64,000 nucleotides of DNA from Candidatus Eiseniibacteriota bacterium (GTDB taxonomy: Bacteria; Eisenbacteria; RBG-16-71-46): contig OY970342.1 of the NCBI GenBank assembly GCA_963717505.1, positions 1,440,001 through 1,504,000 of the forward strand, given 5' to 3'. A program made the translations under genes and the position numbers. Positions 18,950-28,867 of this stretch are shown here, piece by piece. The notes below the pieces were generated by a model. The model was given only the letters and a program-made list of their open reading frames with translations. It was not told where the DNA came from and made no database searches. The number at the start of each line of letters is the position of its first letter. Positions within the stretch are counted from its first letter, which is position 1.

Positions 18950-20476
18950 ATGCCCCGCCGTGACGCCGCGCCTCCCAAACCCACGACGCCACAACCCGTT
19001 CGTCTCGATCTGATCGCCGACATCGCGTTGGGCGTCGTCGGCGTCTGGTGGCTCGCGCGACTCGCGACGTTTGCCGCCGGCGCGCGGTACATGACCGACG
19101 AGTGCTTCCACGCCTACATGGCCGAGTGGATCGCCGGCCACGGGACGCTACCCGCGACGATTCCCGATCTCTACTCGGGCTTCGCCTACTACTACCCGCC
19201 GCTCTTTCATTTGCTTGGGGCGGCGGTCGCGGCGCTCTTTGGAGATTCGGCGTTCAGGTTCGTGAACGTTCTGGTGTCCGCCCTGTTGCTGATCGTCACC
19301 TACTGGGGCTGCAGAACCCTGGGCGTTCGCGCAGCGGGCCGCTGGGCGATCGCACTGTGCGCCGCGAATCTCTGGCTGTCGGTGCACGCCGTCCGGCTCT
19401 ATGTCGAGCAGCTCACGGTCCTGTTGGCAGCAGCAGCCATTCTTCTGATTCTCAAGGTCCGTCGCACCGGCGGAACCCGCGATGCCGCCTGGCTCGGAGT
19501 CGTTGCCGGCCTCGCGCTGATCGCCAAGCATTCGTCGCTGGTGCTGGTTGGCCTCATTGTCATCGTGGCGGTCGCCTACGCGATGCGGAAGCAGACGGCA
19601 CTTGCCCGTGCCTACGCGATTGCGGCAGGCATCGCGCTGCTGGTCGCCGCACCGATGTTCATTCGCAATCAGATCCTGTTCGGCAGCCCGATCTATCCAG
19701 CGTTGGCGCCGGATCTCCACCCGCTGCTCTACCAGCTCAACAAGTCCACGTTTACACCCAGCCCGGCTTCGCTCTACTCGCAGATCGTGCGCTACACGGG
19801 TTGGGCGATCGGCTTGGTCGCGGCCACGGGCTTGGGGCTGGCGATCGTGCGCCGCCGCTGGACGCTGGAAATCGGGCTCGTGGGCTTCTGCCTTGCGGTG
19901 TTCGTCGCGGCACCACTTCAGGCCCTGCTCGACGCGCGCCACATGCTGCCGGTAATCGTCGTGGTGGCCTTGCTCGGGGCGATTCTGCTGGCGAGGGAAC
20001 TCGAGGGTCGACGCGCAGCCATCCTGTGCGTCGACATCTCGCTCTTGGTGGCCGCCGTTTGGTTCGTGAGCCGACTGCCCAATCCGCGACTTAGACTCGA
20101 CCAGCCACTCGATGCGATGGAAGTCTATCGCGCCGTCCAGGAACACGTCCCGGAGGGCGAGACGGTGTTGAGCCTCTACACCTACGACACGTTCTACTAC
20201 GCAAAGCGTCCGGCCACTTGGCCGATCCCCTGGGGCCAGAGGTCGCACCCGGTCGAGATGTTCCTGACCGCGAATTGCGACTCGGTGCTGGCAGCGCTTC
20301 AGCAGCACGAGCTGCGTTGGGTGCTGACCACCCGGGCGTTCCAGGACGTCCCATTCAACGGCGCCAACTTTCCGGGCGCGTTCGTCAAATGTATTGGTGA
20401 TCTATACGGGCAGAAACGGGTGGAAGTCGTCTGGTACTCGCCGACCACGGCGCTGGTGCGCATCGAGGAGCCTTAG
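18950..20476 (+). CDS. GT-C (family 39/ArnT-like) membrane glycosyltransferase
   Basis: TDE..H after first TM helix, YYPPLFH, many TM helices, AK motif, RHMLP. Confidence 0.8.
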   Translation: MPRRDAAPPKPTTPQPVRLDLIADIALGVVGVWWLARLATFAAGARYMTDECFHAYMAEWIAGHGTLPATIPDLYSGFAYYYPPLFHLLGAAVAALFGDSAFRFVNVLVSALLLIVTYWGCRTLGVRAAGRWAIALCAANLWLSVHAVRLYVEQLTVLLAAAAILLILKVRRTGGTRDAAWLGVVAGLALIAKHSSLVLVGLIVIVAVAYAMRKQTALARAYAIAAGIALLVAAPMFIRNQILFGSPIYPALAPDLHPLLYQLNKSTFTPSPASLYSQIVRYTGWAIGLVAATGLGLAIVRRRWTLEIGLVGFCLAVFVAAPLQALLDARHMLPVIVVVALLGAILLARELEGRRAAILCVDISLLVAAVWFVSRLPNPRLRLDQPLDAMEVYRAVQEHVPEGETVLSLYTYDTFYYAKRPATWPIPWGQRSHPVEMFLTANCDSVLAALQQHELRWVLTTRAFQDVPFNGANFPGAFVKCIGDLYGQKRVEVVWYSPTTALVRIEEP

Positions 20477-20483
20477 GTCCTGG

Positions 20484-21197
20484 CTAGCGGTAGTGCAGCT
20501 TGAGGCTTCCCCAGCTCGCGCGCTTCACCGGCGTGATTACATCACAGTCGACGACTTCGTAGTGCTCGATGCCCACCGAGCAACCCTCGACGCTCAAGCA
20601 GCCGATCGCGCCAAAAAACTCTACCGCGGTCCCCGTTCCCGCGAGTGCTCGCAGTTCACTCATGAATAGTCCATCGGAAACATAGGCACTTTGGTAGCAA
20701 CTTCCCGGGCAGGGGGTGAGGCGCAAGGCCCAGCCCCCGTCCTCGAGCGTCCCGTGGGTCACCGGAGCCGAGAATTCCGGGCAGCTGGCCCACACGCTGC
20801 GTTCGCAAGGGTCGCATTCCCACGGGGGCACGCCTGTCTGGTTTCGGTTTTTGTCGACGGAGACGATCCGGTACTGAAACATCTGCCTCGTGGCAGGAGG
20901 CTCGTCTACGAACGTGTGGCTGTGGGTCGCCCCGACCGTCCGAGGGAACGGTTCGTCGTTCACCCGGACATAGTCCGAGCACGGGTCGATTGAGCGCCGG
21001 TACACGTCGTAGCCCACCCACTCGGACTCGTACGGGTCGCTCGGACTGTAGTAGTACGTCCAACGAAGAGTAACCCTGACGCTGTCTTCGCAGGATGCGC
21101 TGGAGGACAGCCACCCGTACCCGTAGGAGTCGGCGGTCACGCCGACCCAGGCCACCAGGGTCATGGCCATGGCCAGAAGCGCGGCTCCACGATTCAT
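20484..21197 (-). CDS. Secreted Cys-rich protein with C-terminal SWGxLKxxYR motif
   Basis: Signal peptide MNRGAALLAMAMTLVAWVGVTA; FN3-like W...GYDVYR..F.D...YRIVSVD; ends TPVKRASWGSLKLHYR. Confidence 0.75.
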   Translation of the reverse strand: MNRGAALLAMAMTLVAWVGVTADSYGYGWLSSSASCEDSVRVTLRWTYYYSPSDPYESEWVGYDVYRRSIDPCSDYVRVNDEPFPRTVGATHSHTFVDEPPATRQMFQYRIVSVDKNRNQTGVPPWECDPCERSVWASCPEFSAPVTHGTLEDGGWALRLTPCPGSCYQSAYVSDGLFMSELRALAGTGTAVEFFGAIGCLSVEGCSVGIEHYEVVDCDVITPVKRASWGSLKLHYR

Positions 21198-21343
21198 GGC
21201 CCATGAGCCTATTGAACTGCGGAGGCCCGAGCAATGGGTTTCCAGAGTGTAGTTCAGCGCTTCTGAGTGGGGGCGTTCGAGGAACCATCGCGTGGCCAAC
21301 GATTTCCCTGGCGGCCCGCCCTGGCGTCCGGCAACATAGGTCC

Positions 21344-23806
21344 ATGCGTCCCATGCCCCTCGCCGCCCTTCTCGTGCTGTATGCCCTTGCACTTGCGACC
21401 CCTTCCGCTGCCGCCGGCGAGCGCGAGTCCCCGCCCGAGCGCATTTCGCGCGAGCAGGCGATGGCCAACGCGTCGCACACGACCGATCAGGCGCCGCTCG
21501 GCGCGGTCGCGGGCGCGCGCACGCTCGGGGCCTCGGGTTTCCTCCAGTGGGAGCCGCTCGGTCCCCGTCCGATCGCCTATGACTATTGGTCCACCGGCCC
21601 CGCGGCCGGCCGTGTGTCGGCAATCCTGGTCGACCCGCGCGACGGCGACGTCGCCTACGTCGCGGCCTCGCAGGGCGGCGTGTGGAAGACGACTGACGGC
21701 GGCGCCAGTTGGACACCGCTCACCGACCATCTTTCGTCGCTGGCCTCGGGCGCGCTGTGTTTCGACCCGCGCAATCCCGACGTCATCTACTACGCGACCG
21801 GCGAACAGCACCAATCGGGCGACAGCTTCTACGGCGACGGACTGTTCAAGAGCACCGACGCGGGAGCGAGTTGGGCCAAGATCTCGACCCGCGAGCAGGT
21901 CGGCAGCTACGTCGCGCGCATCATGACGCACCCGCAGAATCCGGACACGCTCTATGTCGCCAGCAGCCGAGGATTCGCCCGCAGCTTGGACGGCGGCGCG
22001 AACTGGACGGTGACTCAGTCCGACGAGTGGGCGTTCGATATCGAGCAGCATTCGACCAATCCAAACCTGATGTATACGACCATCGCGGGCTTCGGAATCT
22101 ATCGGTCGACCAACGCCGGGTCGTCGTGGACGCAGCTTGCCGGCGGACTGCCGGTCAGCGGCTTCGATCGCATCGAGATCGCACTCGCGCCGACGAATCC
22201 CAACATCATCTACGCCGGTTTCGCGACCCCGGGCGGCGCGTTGCTCGGCATGTACGTCACGACCAACGGCGGCAACGCGTGGGCGCTCCGGGCGTCGACC
22301 CCCAACTACCTGGGCGGCCAGGGCTGGTACGACCACGCGATCATCGCCGATCCGACCAACGCCAACGTCTGCTACGCGGGTGGTGTGTTCCCCTATCAGG
22401 AAGGCTACGCCGGCGTGATCCGCACCGGCGACACCGGGAACAACTGGACCGACATCACCTTCGACAACGACGGCAACTCGGTTCATCCGGACCAGCACGC
22501 CCTCACGTTCGGACCCGACGGCACGCTGTGGCTCGGCAACGACGGCGGGGTGTGGAAGACCACCAACGGTGGTGGCGACTGGCTCCACTGCAACAACGGA
22601 CTCGAGATCACCATGTTCTACACGGTGACGCCGCACCCGACCGATCGCGATCGGCTGCTGGGCGGCACGCAGGACAATGGGACGGTGCTCTACGAGGGCA
22701 ACCCGGTCTGGCCGCAGGTGATCGCCGGCGACGGCGGTTACAACGTGTTCCTGTGGAACGATCCCGACACCTACTTCACCACCTACGTGCGACTGAACCC
22801 GGTCTACGAATGGAACCTCGGGACCTTCGTCGCCGAGCGGCAGGGACCGTGGAACAGTGACCGCATTTCGTTCACGCAGGGGCCACTGGTGGTCGACCCC
22901 AACATGGCGGATGGCATGTTCGCGGGGACACACCGCGTCTGGCGCACCAACAATCGCGGCCAGGGGTGGAGTCTCCTGAGCGGCGACCTGTCACCCTCGG
23001 GTGGACACCTGCGCGCGGTCACGCCGGTCCCGGGCGACCTCAACACCATCTACGCTGCCAGCTCGCGCGGCGAGGTCAGCGTGACCACGAATGCCTCGAC
23101 CTGGACACGGCGCGACGACGAGCTGCCGCGCCGGCCGATCAACGATCTCTGGGTCCATCCGGCCAACTATTCCGTCGCCTATCTTGCCGCCGACACGACC
23201 AACGGCGGCCGCGTGTGGAGCACGACCGACGCCGGCGATACCTGGACCGACGTCAGCGGCAACCTGCCGGGAAACCTGCGCGCGCTGAGCCTGGCGGTGG
23301 ATTTCGTCTTCACGCCACCGCGCCTCTACCTGGGCACCGACTACGGGGTCTATAGCTCGCAGGACGACGGCGCGACCTGGATCAAAGAAGAACTCGGCGG
23401 GCTGCCGTCGCTCGCGATCTACGATCTGGCGTTCACGCGGCTCGGCGGCGAGGTGATCGCCGCGACCCACGGGCGCGGCATGTGGCGCGGAGCGGTCACG
23501 CTCCTCGCGGTCGGCGATCAGGACCCGGTTGTGTCGGGTATCGCGCTCAACGTGCCCAACCCGGCGCGTGTGCCGGTGCCACTCGACTTCCGCATGCTTT
23601 CCGACGCAGCGGTCAGCATCGAGGTCTTCGACGTCACGGGACGTCGCGTACGCGTCATCGAGCATGGGCCGCGGTTCGCCGGGACCCATCGGGTGAGCTG
23701 GGACGGGCGCGACGAGCAAGGCATGGTCGCCGGCAACGGCATCTACTTCTATCGCGTCGCCGCCGGGCCGACGGCCTACGTCGCCAAGTTCGCGCTGCTG
23801 AGGTAG
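21344..23806 (+). CDS. Secreted BNR/Asp-box (VPS10/GH74-like) beta-propeller protein with FlgD-Ig C-terminal domain
   Basis: GRVSAI.VDP, repeated (K/R)STD.G.SW Asp-boxes, VHPDQHA, GGTQDNG, ATHGRGMW; C-terminal PNP...DVTGRRVR...WDGRD...GIYFYR. Confidence 0.85.
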   Translation: MRPMPLAALLVLYALALATPSAAAGERESPPERISREQAMANASHTTDQAPLGAVAGARTLGASGFLQWEPLGPRPIAYDYWSTGPAAGRVSAILVDPRDGDVAYVAASQGGVWKTTDGGASWTPLTDHLSSLASGALCFDPRNPDVIYYATGEQHQSGDSFYGDGLFKSTDAGASWAKISTREQVGSYVARIMTHPQNPDTLYVASSRGFARSLDGGANWTVTQSDEWAFDIEQHSTNPNLMYTTIAGFGIYRSTNAGSSWTQLAGGLPVSGFDRIEIALAPTNPNIIYAGFATPGGALLGMYVTTNGGNAWALRASTPNYLGGQGWYDHAIIADPTNANVCYAGGVFPYQEGYAGVIRTGDTGNNWTDITFDNDGNSVHPDQHALTFGPDGTLWLGNDGGVWKTTNGGGDWLHCNNGLEITMFYTVTPHPTDRDRLLGGTQDNGTVLYEGNPVWPQVIAGDGGYNVFLWNDPDTYFTTYVRLNPVYEWNLGTFVAERQGPWNSDRISFTQGPLVVDPNMADGMFAGTHRVWRTNNRGQGWSLLSGDLSPSGGHLRAVTPVPGDLNTIYAASSRGEVSVTTNASTWTRRDDELPRRPINDLWVHPANYSVAYLAADTTNGGRVWSTTDAGDTWTDVSGNLPGNLRALSLAVDFVFTPPRLYLGTDYGVYSSQDDGATWIKEELGGLPSLAIYDLAFTRLGGEVIAATHGRGMWRGAVTLLAVGDQDPVVSGIALNVPNPARVPVPLDFRMLSDAAVSIEVFDVTGRRVRVIEHGPRFAGTHRVSWDGRDEQGMVAGNGIYFYRVAAGPTAYVAKFALLR

Positions 23807-23815
23807 GTTCCCCGC

Positions 23816-25045
23816 GTGTGGTCCACCATCGAACGCAAGGTCCTCGACGGCCAACGCCTCGACACTGCTGAGGGCGTGTACCTGTTGACTGAAGCCCCGC
23901 TGGTCGAGCTGGGTGCACTGGCTCACGAGGCGAGGGCACGCCGCACCGACCCGGCCGTCGTGACCTACGTCATCGACACCAATCCCAACTACACCAACCT
24001 GTGCACGGTGGACTGCCACTTCTGCGCGTTCTACCGGCGCCCGGCGGCGCACGCGCCCGACGCGTACACACACGACGTCGAAGGCGTGATGGCAATGATG
24101 GAGCGCGCGAGCCAGCTGAACGCGACGACGGTGCTGCTCCAGGGCGGGCTCAATCCCGAGATCCCCTGGGAGTTCTACCCAACGATCGTGCGCGAGGCGC
24201 GGCGTCGCTATCCGAACATCACGCCTCACTTCTTCTCGGCGCCCGAGATCCACCAGATGGTCGAGGTTTCGGGGCTCACGATCCGCGGCGTGCTCGAGGC
24301 GCTCTACGAAGCCGGGCAGCGCACGCTGCCGGGCGGCGGCGCCGAGATCCTGGCAACGCGTGTTCGAAGGCGCATTTCCATAAAGAAGGGCGGTCCCGAC
24401 GCCTGGCTCGACGTCCACCGCGCGGCGCACCAGGTCGGGATGCGCTCGACCGCGACCATGATGTACGGGCATGTCGAAACGCCGGCGGAAGTAGTCGAGC
24501 ACTTCGACTACATCAGGAACCTTCAGGACGAGACGCAAGGCTTCACGGCGTTCGTCCCGTGGTCCTACAAGCGCGGTAATACGCCGATGGAATCCAAGGT
24601 CAGGTACATCGCGGGTTCGTCGCAGTACTGCCGCGTGCTCGCGGCGTCGCGGCTCTACCTCGACAACTTTCGGCACATCCAGGCGTCGTGGTTCAGCGAG
24701 GGCAAGAAGACCGGCCAGGCGGCGCTCCACTTTGGCGCCGACGACTTCGGCGGCACGTTGTTCGAGGAAAACGTGCACCTGGCGACCGGCCACGTGAACA
24801 AGACCACGGTGGCGGAGATCGAGACGCTGATTCGCGAGGCCGGCTTCACGCCGGCCCAGCGCACGACGCTGTACGAGATTCTCCGCACCGGCGACGGCCC
24901 GGGTGCGGCTCCGGGCGACGATGTGCCGCTGTTCGTCGAGAGCCTGCGCGAGCTGCCGGCCGAGTATCCGGTCGCGATCGAGGGTGAAGAGCCACACCCC
25001 GCTGCGCCAGACGCCGCAGCCGCGTCGCTGCGAGTCCTTCGCTAG
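23816..25045 (+). CDS. mqnC: Cyclic dehypoxanthine futalosine synthase (radical SAM)
   Basis: VTYVIDTNPNYTNLCTVDCHFCAFYR, LLQGG, PGGGAEIL, TATMMYGH.E, HIQASW, FGADDFGG..EENV. Confidence 0.9.
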   Translation: MWSTIERKVLDGQRLDTAEGVYLLTEAPLVELGALAHEARARRTDPAVVTYVIDTNPNYTNLCTVDCHFCAFYRRPAAHAPDAYTHDVEGVMAMMERASQLNATTVLLQGGLNPEIPWEFYPTIVREARRRYPNITPHFFSAPEIHQMVEVSGLTIRGVLEALYEAGQRTLPGGGAEILATRVRRRISIKKGGPDAWLDVHRAAHQVGMRSTATMMYGHVETPAEVVEHFDYIRNLQDETQGFTAFVPWSYKRGNTPMESKVRYIAGSSQYCRVLAASRLYLDNFRHIQASWFSEGKKTGQAALHFGADDFGGTLFEENVHLATGHVNKTTVAEIETLIREAGFTPAQRTTLYEILRTGDGPGAAPGDDVPLFVESLRELPAEYPVAIEGEEPHPAAPDAAAASLRVLR

Positions 25046-25239
25046 CGGGCGGTTGGCTCTAGGGGTCCCGGGGCTGCGTGCAATTCCCAATTCAATCCCA
25101 TCGAGCGCGCGAGTTGCCCGGCCGATCTGCATTGAGACCAGGCTTCTAACTGGAAGCCGTGCATGCGAATCGGCTAGAATCACGGCCGCTTTTCGGGCTC
25201 GCCGCACCCCGCTTGCGTAGCAACTCTTCGAGGAGGCCC

Positions 25240-28200
25240 GTGACCATCCCCCCGACATGGGCACGCTCCGGCGCGACTGCCGCGCTGGTAGCGAGCCTGG
25301 TTTCTGCGCTCCCCGCCGCGGCACAGCCCCATCTGCCGCCGAAGTTCGTGGCCGAGAACGCGGTTCCCGGGCCTCCCTTCAATCTCCCGACCTGCGTCGC
25401 GTTCCTGCCCGATGGCCGCATGCTGGTCGGCGAGAAGGCCGGCCGCGTATGGGTCGTGAAGAACGGTATCCGCCACCCGATCCCGATGTGGGATCGCCAG
25501 AACGAGGTCGAAACCATCGGCGACTGCGGGCTGATGAGCATCGCCGTCGATCCGGCCTACTCGCTGAATCGGTTCGTATATTTCCTCTATACGGCCGATC
25601 CGGACTCGAACGGAGTCGACACCGATCCCTATGCGTTCGGACGGCTGACTCGATATCGGATCAGCACGACGGACTCGAACACCGTGGACTCGACTTCGCG
25701 CGCGATCCTCATGGGGGTCAACTGGACGCAGGGGCCACTGACCGCCGGCACCTCGCACACGGTCGGCTCCTTGCGCTGGGGTGAGGACGCCAGCCTGCTG
25801 GTATCGGTCGGTGAAGGCGCCGAGTCGGGGCAGCTCGACCCCGGCGGTCTCTACCCCGAGGCCTTCGGCGCGGGCAAGACCGACCCGTTCGAAGACATCG
25901 GCGCGTTCCGCGCGCAGTACCGCGGCAGCCTGGGGGGCAAGGTGCTGCGGATCAATCCCCAGACCGGCCGCGGCTATTCCAGCAACCCGTGGTATCAGCC
26001 CGGGAATCCCGGTTCCGTGCGTTCGCGAGTGTGGACCTATGGCATGAGGAATCCGTTCCGGATCTGCGTGCGCCCCGGCTCGGGCGACCCCGATCCCACC
26101 GTCGGCGATCCCGGATCGCTGTTCATCGGCGACGTCGGCTGGACGCTGTGGGAGGAAGTCAATCTCTCGAGCAACGGCGGCGAGAACTTCGGCTGGCCCT
26201 GCTACGAGGGCGTCCCGGAGCAGGCGGACTACCAGGCGGCCAACCCCTCGAGTTACGACTGCTCCACGATCGGCTCGCCCGCCAATCCGTCGCCTCATGC
26301 GCCGCCGATCATGTCGTGGCACCACGTCGACTCGACGCTTTCGAATCCGCCGGGCGCGGGCTTGTTCGGCAATTGCACGATGATCGGCGCGTTCTACAAC
26401 GGAAGCGGATATCCGACCGGCTACCAGGGCGCACTGTTCTTCTGTGATTTCGGCCACAACTGGATGAAGGTCGCCTCGTTCGATGCAGTCGATCAACTGG
26501 TCACGATCAGCGACTTCGCCACCAACATGCAGGGCCCGGTCGACTTCGCCATGCACCCGTTAACCAAGGACCTGCACTATGTGTCGATCGAGATGGGGGA
26601 GGTGCGCCGAATTCGTTACACCGGGCCGGTGACCGACGATCCGGTCGCGGTCGCGACCGGAACCCCGCTGGTCGGCCAGTCCCCGAGCGAGGTCACGTTC
26701 GGTGGCTCCGAATCGTTCTCCCCGGTGGGGCGCCCGCTGACCTACTTCTGGAACTTTGGCGACGGACAGGGCTCGTCCAGTCCCAGTCCGGTTCACATCT
26801 ACTACGACGCCGGCGTCTACGACGCGGTGCTCACGGTCACCGACGACATCGCGGCGATCGGCCGGGACACGGTCCGCATCGTCGCCTACGAGCTCCCCGA
26901 CTTCCCGACCACCGAAGTGCTCGACGACTTCAATCGCGCCAACGGTCCGGTCGGTTCGCAGTGGGTCGACGACTTGTTCGGCCTGGTGGTCGCCGACAGC
27001 CAGCTGACGCAGACGGCCGGGATGGCCTTGCCGGTGTGGAACGGGTCGGTGTTCGGTCCGGAGCAGGAAGCCTTCGTGACCCTGAATGCGATCACGGCAA
27101 CCTCGCCGCACCACACACTGATGCTCAAGGTCCAGGGAACCAGCTTCAGCACCGGACACATCCAGGTGCGATACGACGCCAACTTTCCGAGGATCACGGT
27201 GGCCACTTTTGCCCCAGGCCAGGGGTGGGTGACCCGTGGCGAGATCAACCCCTGGACCTTCAAACCGGGTGATCGCTTCGGGGCGCGCGCCTATTCCAAT
27301 GGCGTGGTCGAGGTGTATTGGGACGAACTTGCCATCGGCACGTTCCTGACCGAGGGCTGGCCGTTCAGCGCCCAGGGTGGCCGGATCGGGATGGTGCTGC
27401 AGGATGCGACCGCCTCGCGGCTCGACGACTTCGGTGGTGGCGACATTCGCGTCATCGACAACGATCTACCGGTGGCCACGATCCTGGCCCCGCCCGACAG
27501 CGGTTTCTTCGCAGCCGACACGGTGTGGCTGATGGGTCAGGGCACCGACGCCGAGGATGATCCTGAGGAGCTGTCCTTCAACTGGCGGGTGGACACGCAC
27601 CACAACAACCACGTGCATCCCGGCTACTTCCAGTCGACTAGCGCCACCGACTTCTTCATCGGCGAAGATCACGACGACGGGACCGGCGTGTGGTTGGTCG
27701 CGCTATTGTGGGTGACCGATACTCGCGGCGCCAGCGACACCACGAGCGTCGTGCTCTTCCCCGAGGTGGACCTGGAGCCGACCGGGATCGCGACCGATCC
27801 CAACCCGGTGCCCTCCAATGAGGCGGCGGAATACTCGTTCTGGCTGCACAATCGCGGCCGCATGCTGGCCGCGCGCAGCCACTGGGCGCTGCGCATCGGC
27901 GGCGCGGTGGTGGCCGAGGGCGACACGGTTGTGCCCGCCCTGGACAGTCTGTACATCAGCCAGGTGCTGCCGCCGCTGGTCGGTCCCGGGGTCTACGATC
28001 TGAGAGCCACCGCCGACACCACCGCTCGCGTGGTCGAAACCGACGAAAGCAACAACGGACTCACGGTCGAGCTGCTGGTCGACGACTCCACGGTAGACCG
28101 CACGCCGCCGCTGTTCGTTTCCGGCCCGGGGGCGGAGCCGCACGGCGTCCATGCGTTCGTCATGTGGACCGCCAGCGAGCGATCGAGCGGCAAAGTGTAT

Positions 28201-28683
28201 TTCGGAACGACGCCGGCGCTCGGCGATTCGGTCCCAACGCCGTTCGATACCACGAGCCACCGTATCCTGATCACCGGCCTGCCGCCGTCGGCCTGGGTTT
28301 GGTATCGCGTGCGAATTGCCGACTCGCTCGGCAACTGGCGCGACGCGGCGGTGGATTCGTTCCAGACCGAGGGCGGACCGCTCTCGGCCGACGACGCCCC
28401 GGTGCGCGACTTCGCGCTCTCGGCCGCCTTCCCGAATCCGAGTCGGGGGACCGTCCGCTTTGCCGCCGAGGTGCCGAAAGCCTCCCACCTGCGCCTCACC
28501 GTGTTCGATCTCCAGGGTCGGCTGGTGTGGGACGACGGTGGGCGCGAGGCCGCCCCCGGTCGCTGGACACTCACCTGGCCCGGCGTCGGCTCCGAGGGCG
28601 GGCCCGTGAACCCCGGGCTCTACCTGGCGCGCGTCCACCTCGGCGCCCACGTCTACCGCCGCCGGATCGCCCTGATCCGCTAG
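25240..28683 (+). CDS. Secreted PQQ-dependent sugar dehydrogenase (GSDH)-PKD-CARDB-FN3-FlgD multidomain protein, copy 1
   Basis: FLPDGR.LVGEK.G, H..GSL.WG, GKVLRINP, YGMRNPFR, GDVGW..WEEV, NFGWPCYEG; PKD WNFGDG; ETDESNN; FPNP...GLYLAR; GTG after AGGAGG. Confidence 0.85.
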   Translation: MTIPPTWARSGATAALVASLVSALPAAAQPHLPPKFVAENAVPGPPFNLPTCVAFLPDGRMLVGEKAGRVWVVKNGIRHPIPMWDRQNEVETIGDCGLMSIAVDPAYSLNRFVYFLYTADPDSNGVDTDPYAFGRLTRYRISTTDSNTVDSTSRAILMGVNWTQGPLTAGTSHTVGSLRWGEDASLLVSVGEGAESGQLDPGGLYPEAFGAGKTDPFEDIGAFRAQYRGSLGGKVLRINPQTGRGYSSNPWYQPGNPGSVRSRVWTYGMRNPFRICVRPGSGDPDPTVGDPGSLFIGDVGWTLWEEVNLSSNGGENFGWPCYEGVPEQADYQAANPSSYDCSTIGSPANPSPHAPPIMSWHHVDSTLSNPPGAGLFGNCTMIGAFYNGSGYPTGYQGALFFCDFGHNWMKVASFDAVDQLVTISDFATNMQGPVDFAMHPLTKDLHYVSIEMGEVRRIRYTGPVTDDPVAVATGTPLVGQSPSEVTFGGSESFSPVGRPLTYFWNFGDGQGSSSPSPVHIYYDAGVYDAVLTVTDDIAAIGRDTVRIVAYELPDFPTTEVLDDFNRANGPVGSQWVDDLFGLVVADSQLTQTAGMALPVWNGSVFGPEQEAFVTLNAITATSPHHTLMLKVQGTSFSTGHIQVRYDANFPRITVATFAPGQGWVTRGEINPWTFKPGDRFGARAYSNGVVEVYWDELAIGTFLTEGWPFSAQGGRIGMVLQDATASRLDDFGGGDIRVIDNDLPVATILAPPDSGFFAADTVWLMGQGTDAEDDPEELSFNWRVDTHHNNHVHPGYFQSTSATDFFIGEDHDDGTGVWLVALLWVTDTRGASDTTSVVLFPEVDLEPTGIATDPNPVPSNEAAEYSFWLHNRGRMLAARSHWALRIGGAVVAEGDTVVPALDSLYISQVLPPLVGPGVYDLRATADTTARVVETDESNNGLTVELLVDDSTVDRTPPLFVSGPGAEPHGVHAFVMWTASERSSGKVYFGTTPALGDSVPTPFDTTSHRILITGLPPSAWVWYRVRIADSLGNWRDAAVDSFQTEGGPLSADDAPVRDFALSAAFPNPSRGTVRFAAEVPKASHLRLTVFDLQGRLVWDDGGREAAPGRWTLTWPGVGSEGGPVNPGLYLARVHLGAHVYRRRIALIR

Positions 28684-28867
28684 GCGGCTCCCGCCTGTAG
28701 CGCATCGCTACGCCGGTCGCGTCGGGCTCTCCAACTCACCACCCACGCGTGGCGGTTTCGCGATTCCACTGCTGCGAAGCCCCTCTCGGCTGCGGTACTA
28801 TTCCGCGCTCCGATCCCTCCGTCAGACCCATGAACCCCAGGGAACTCCATCCCCCCCGGAGGTCTTT

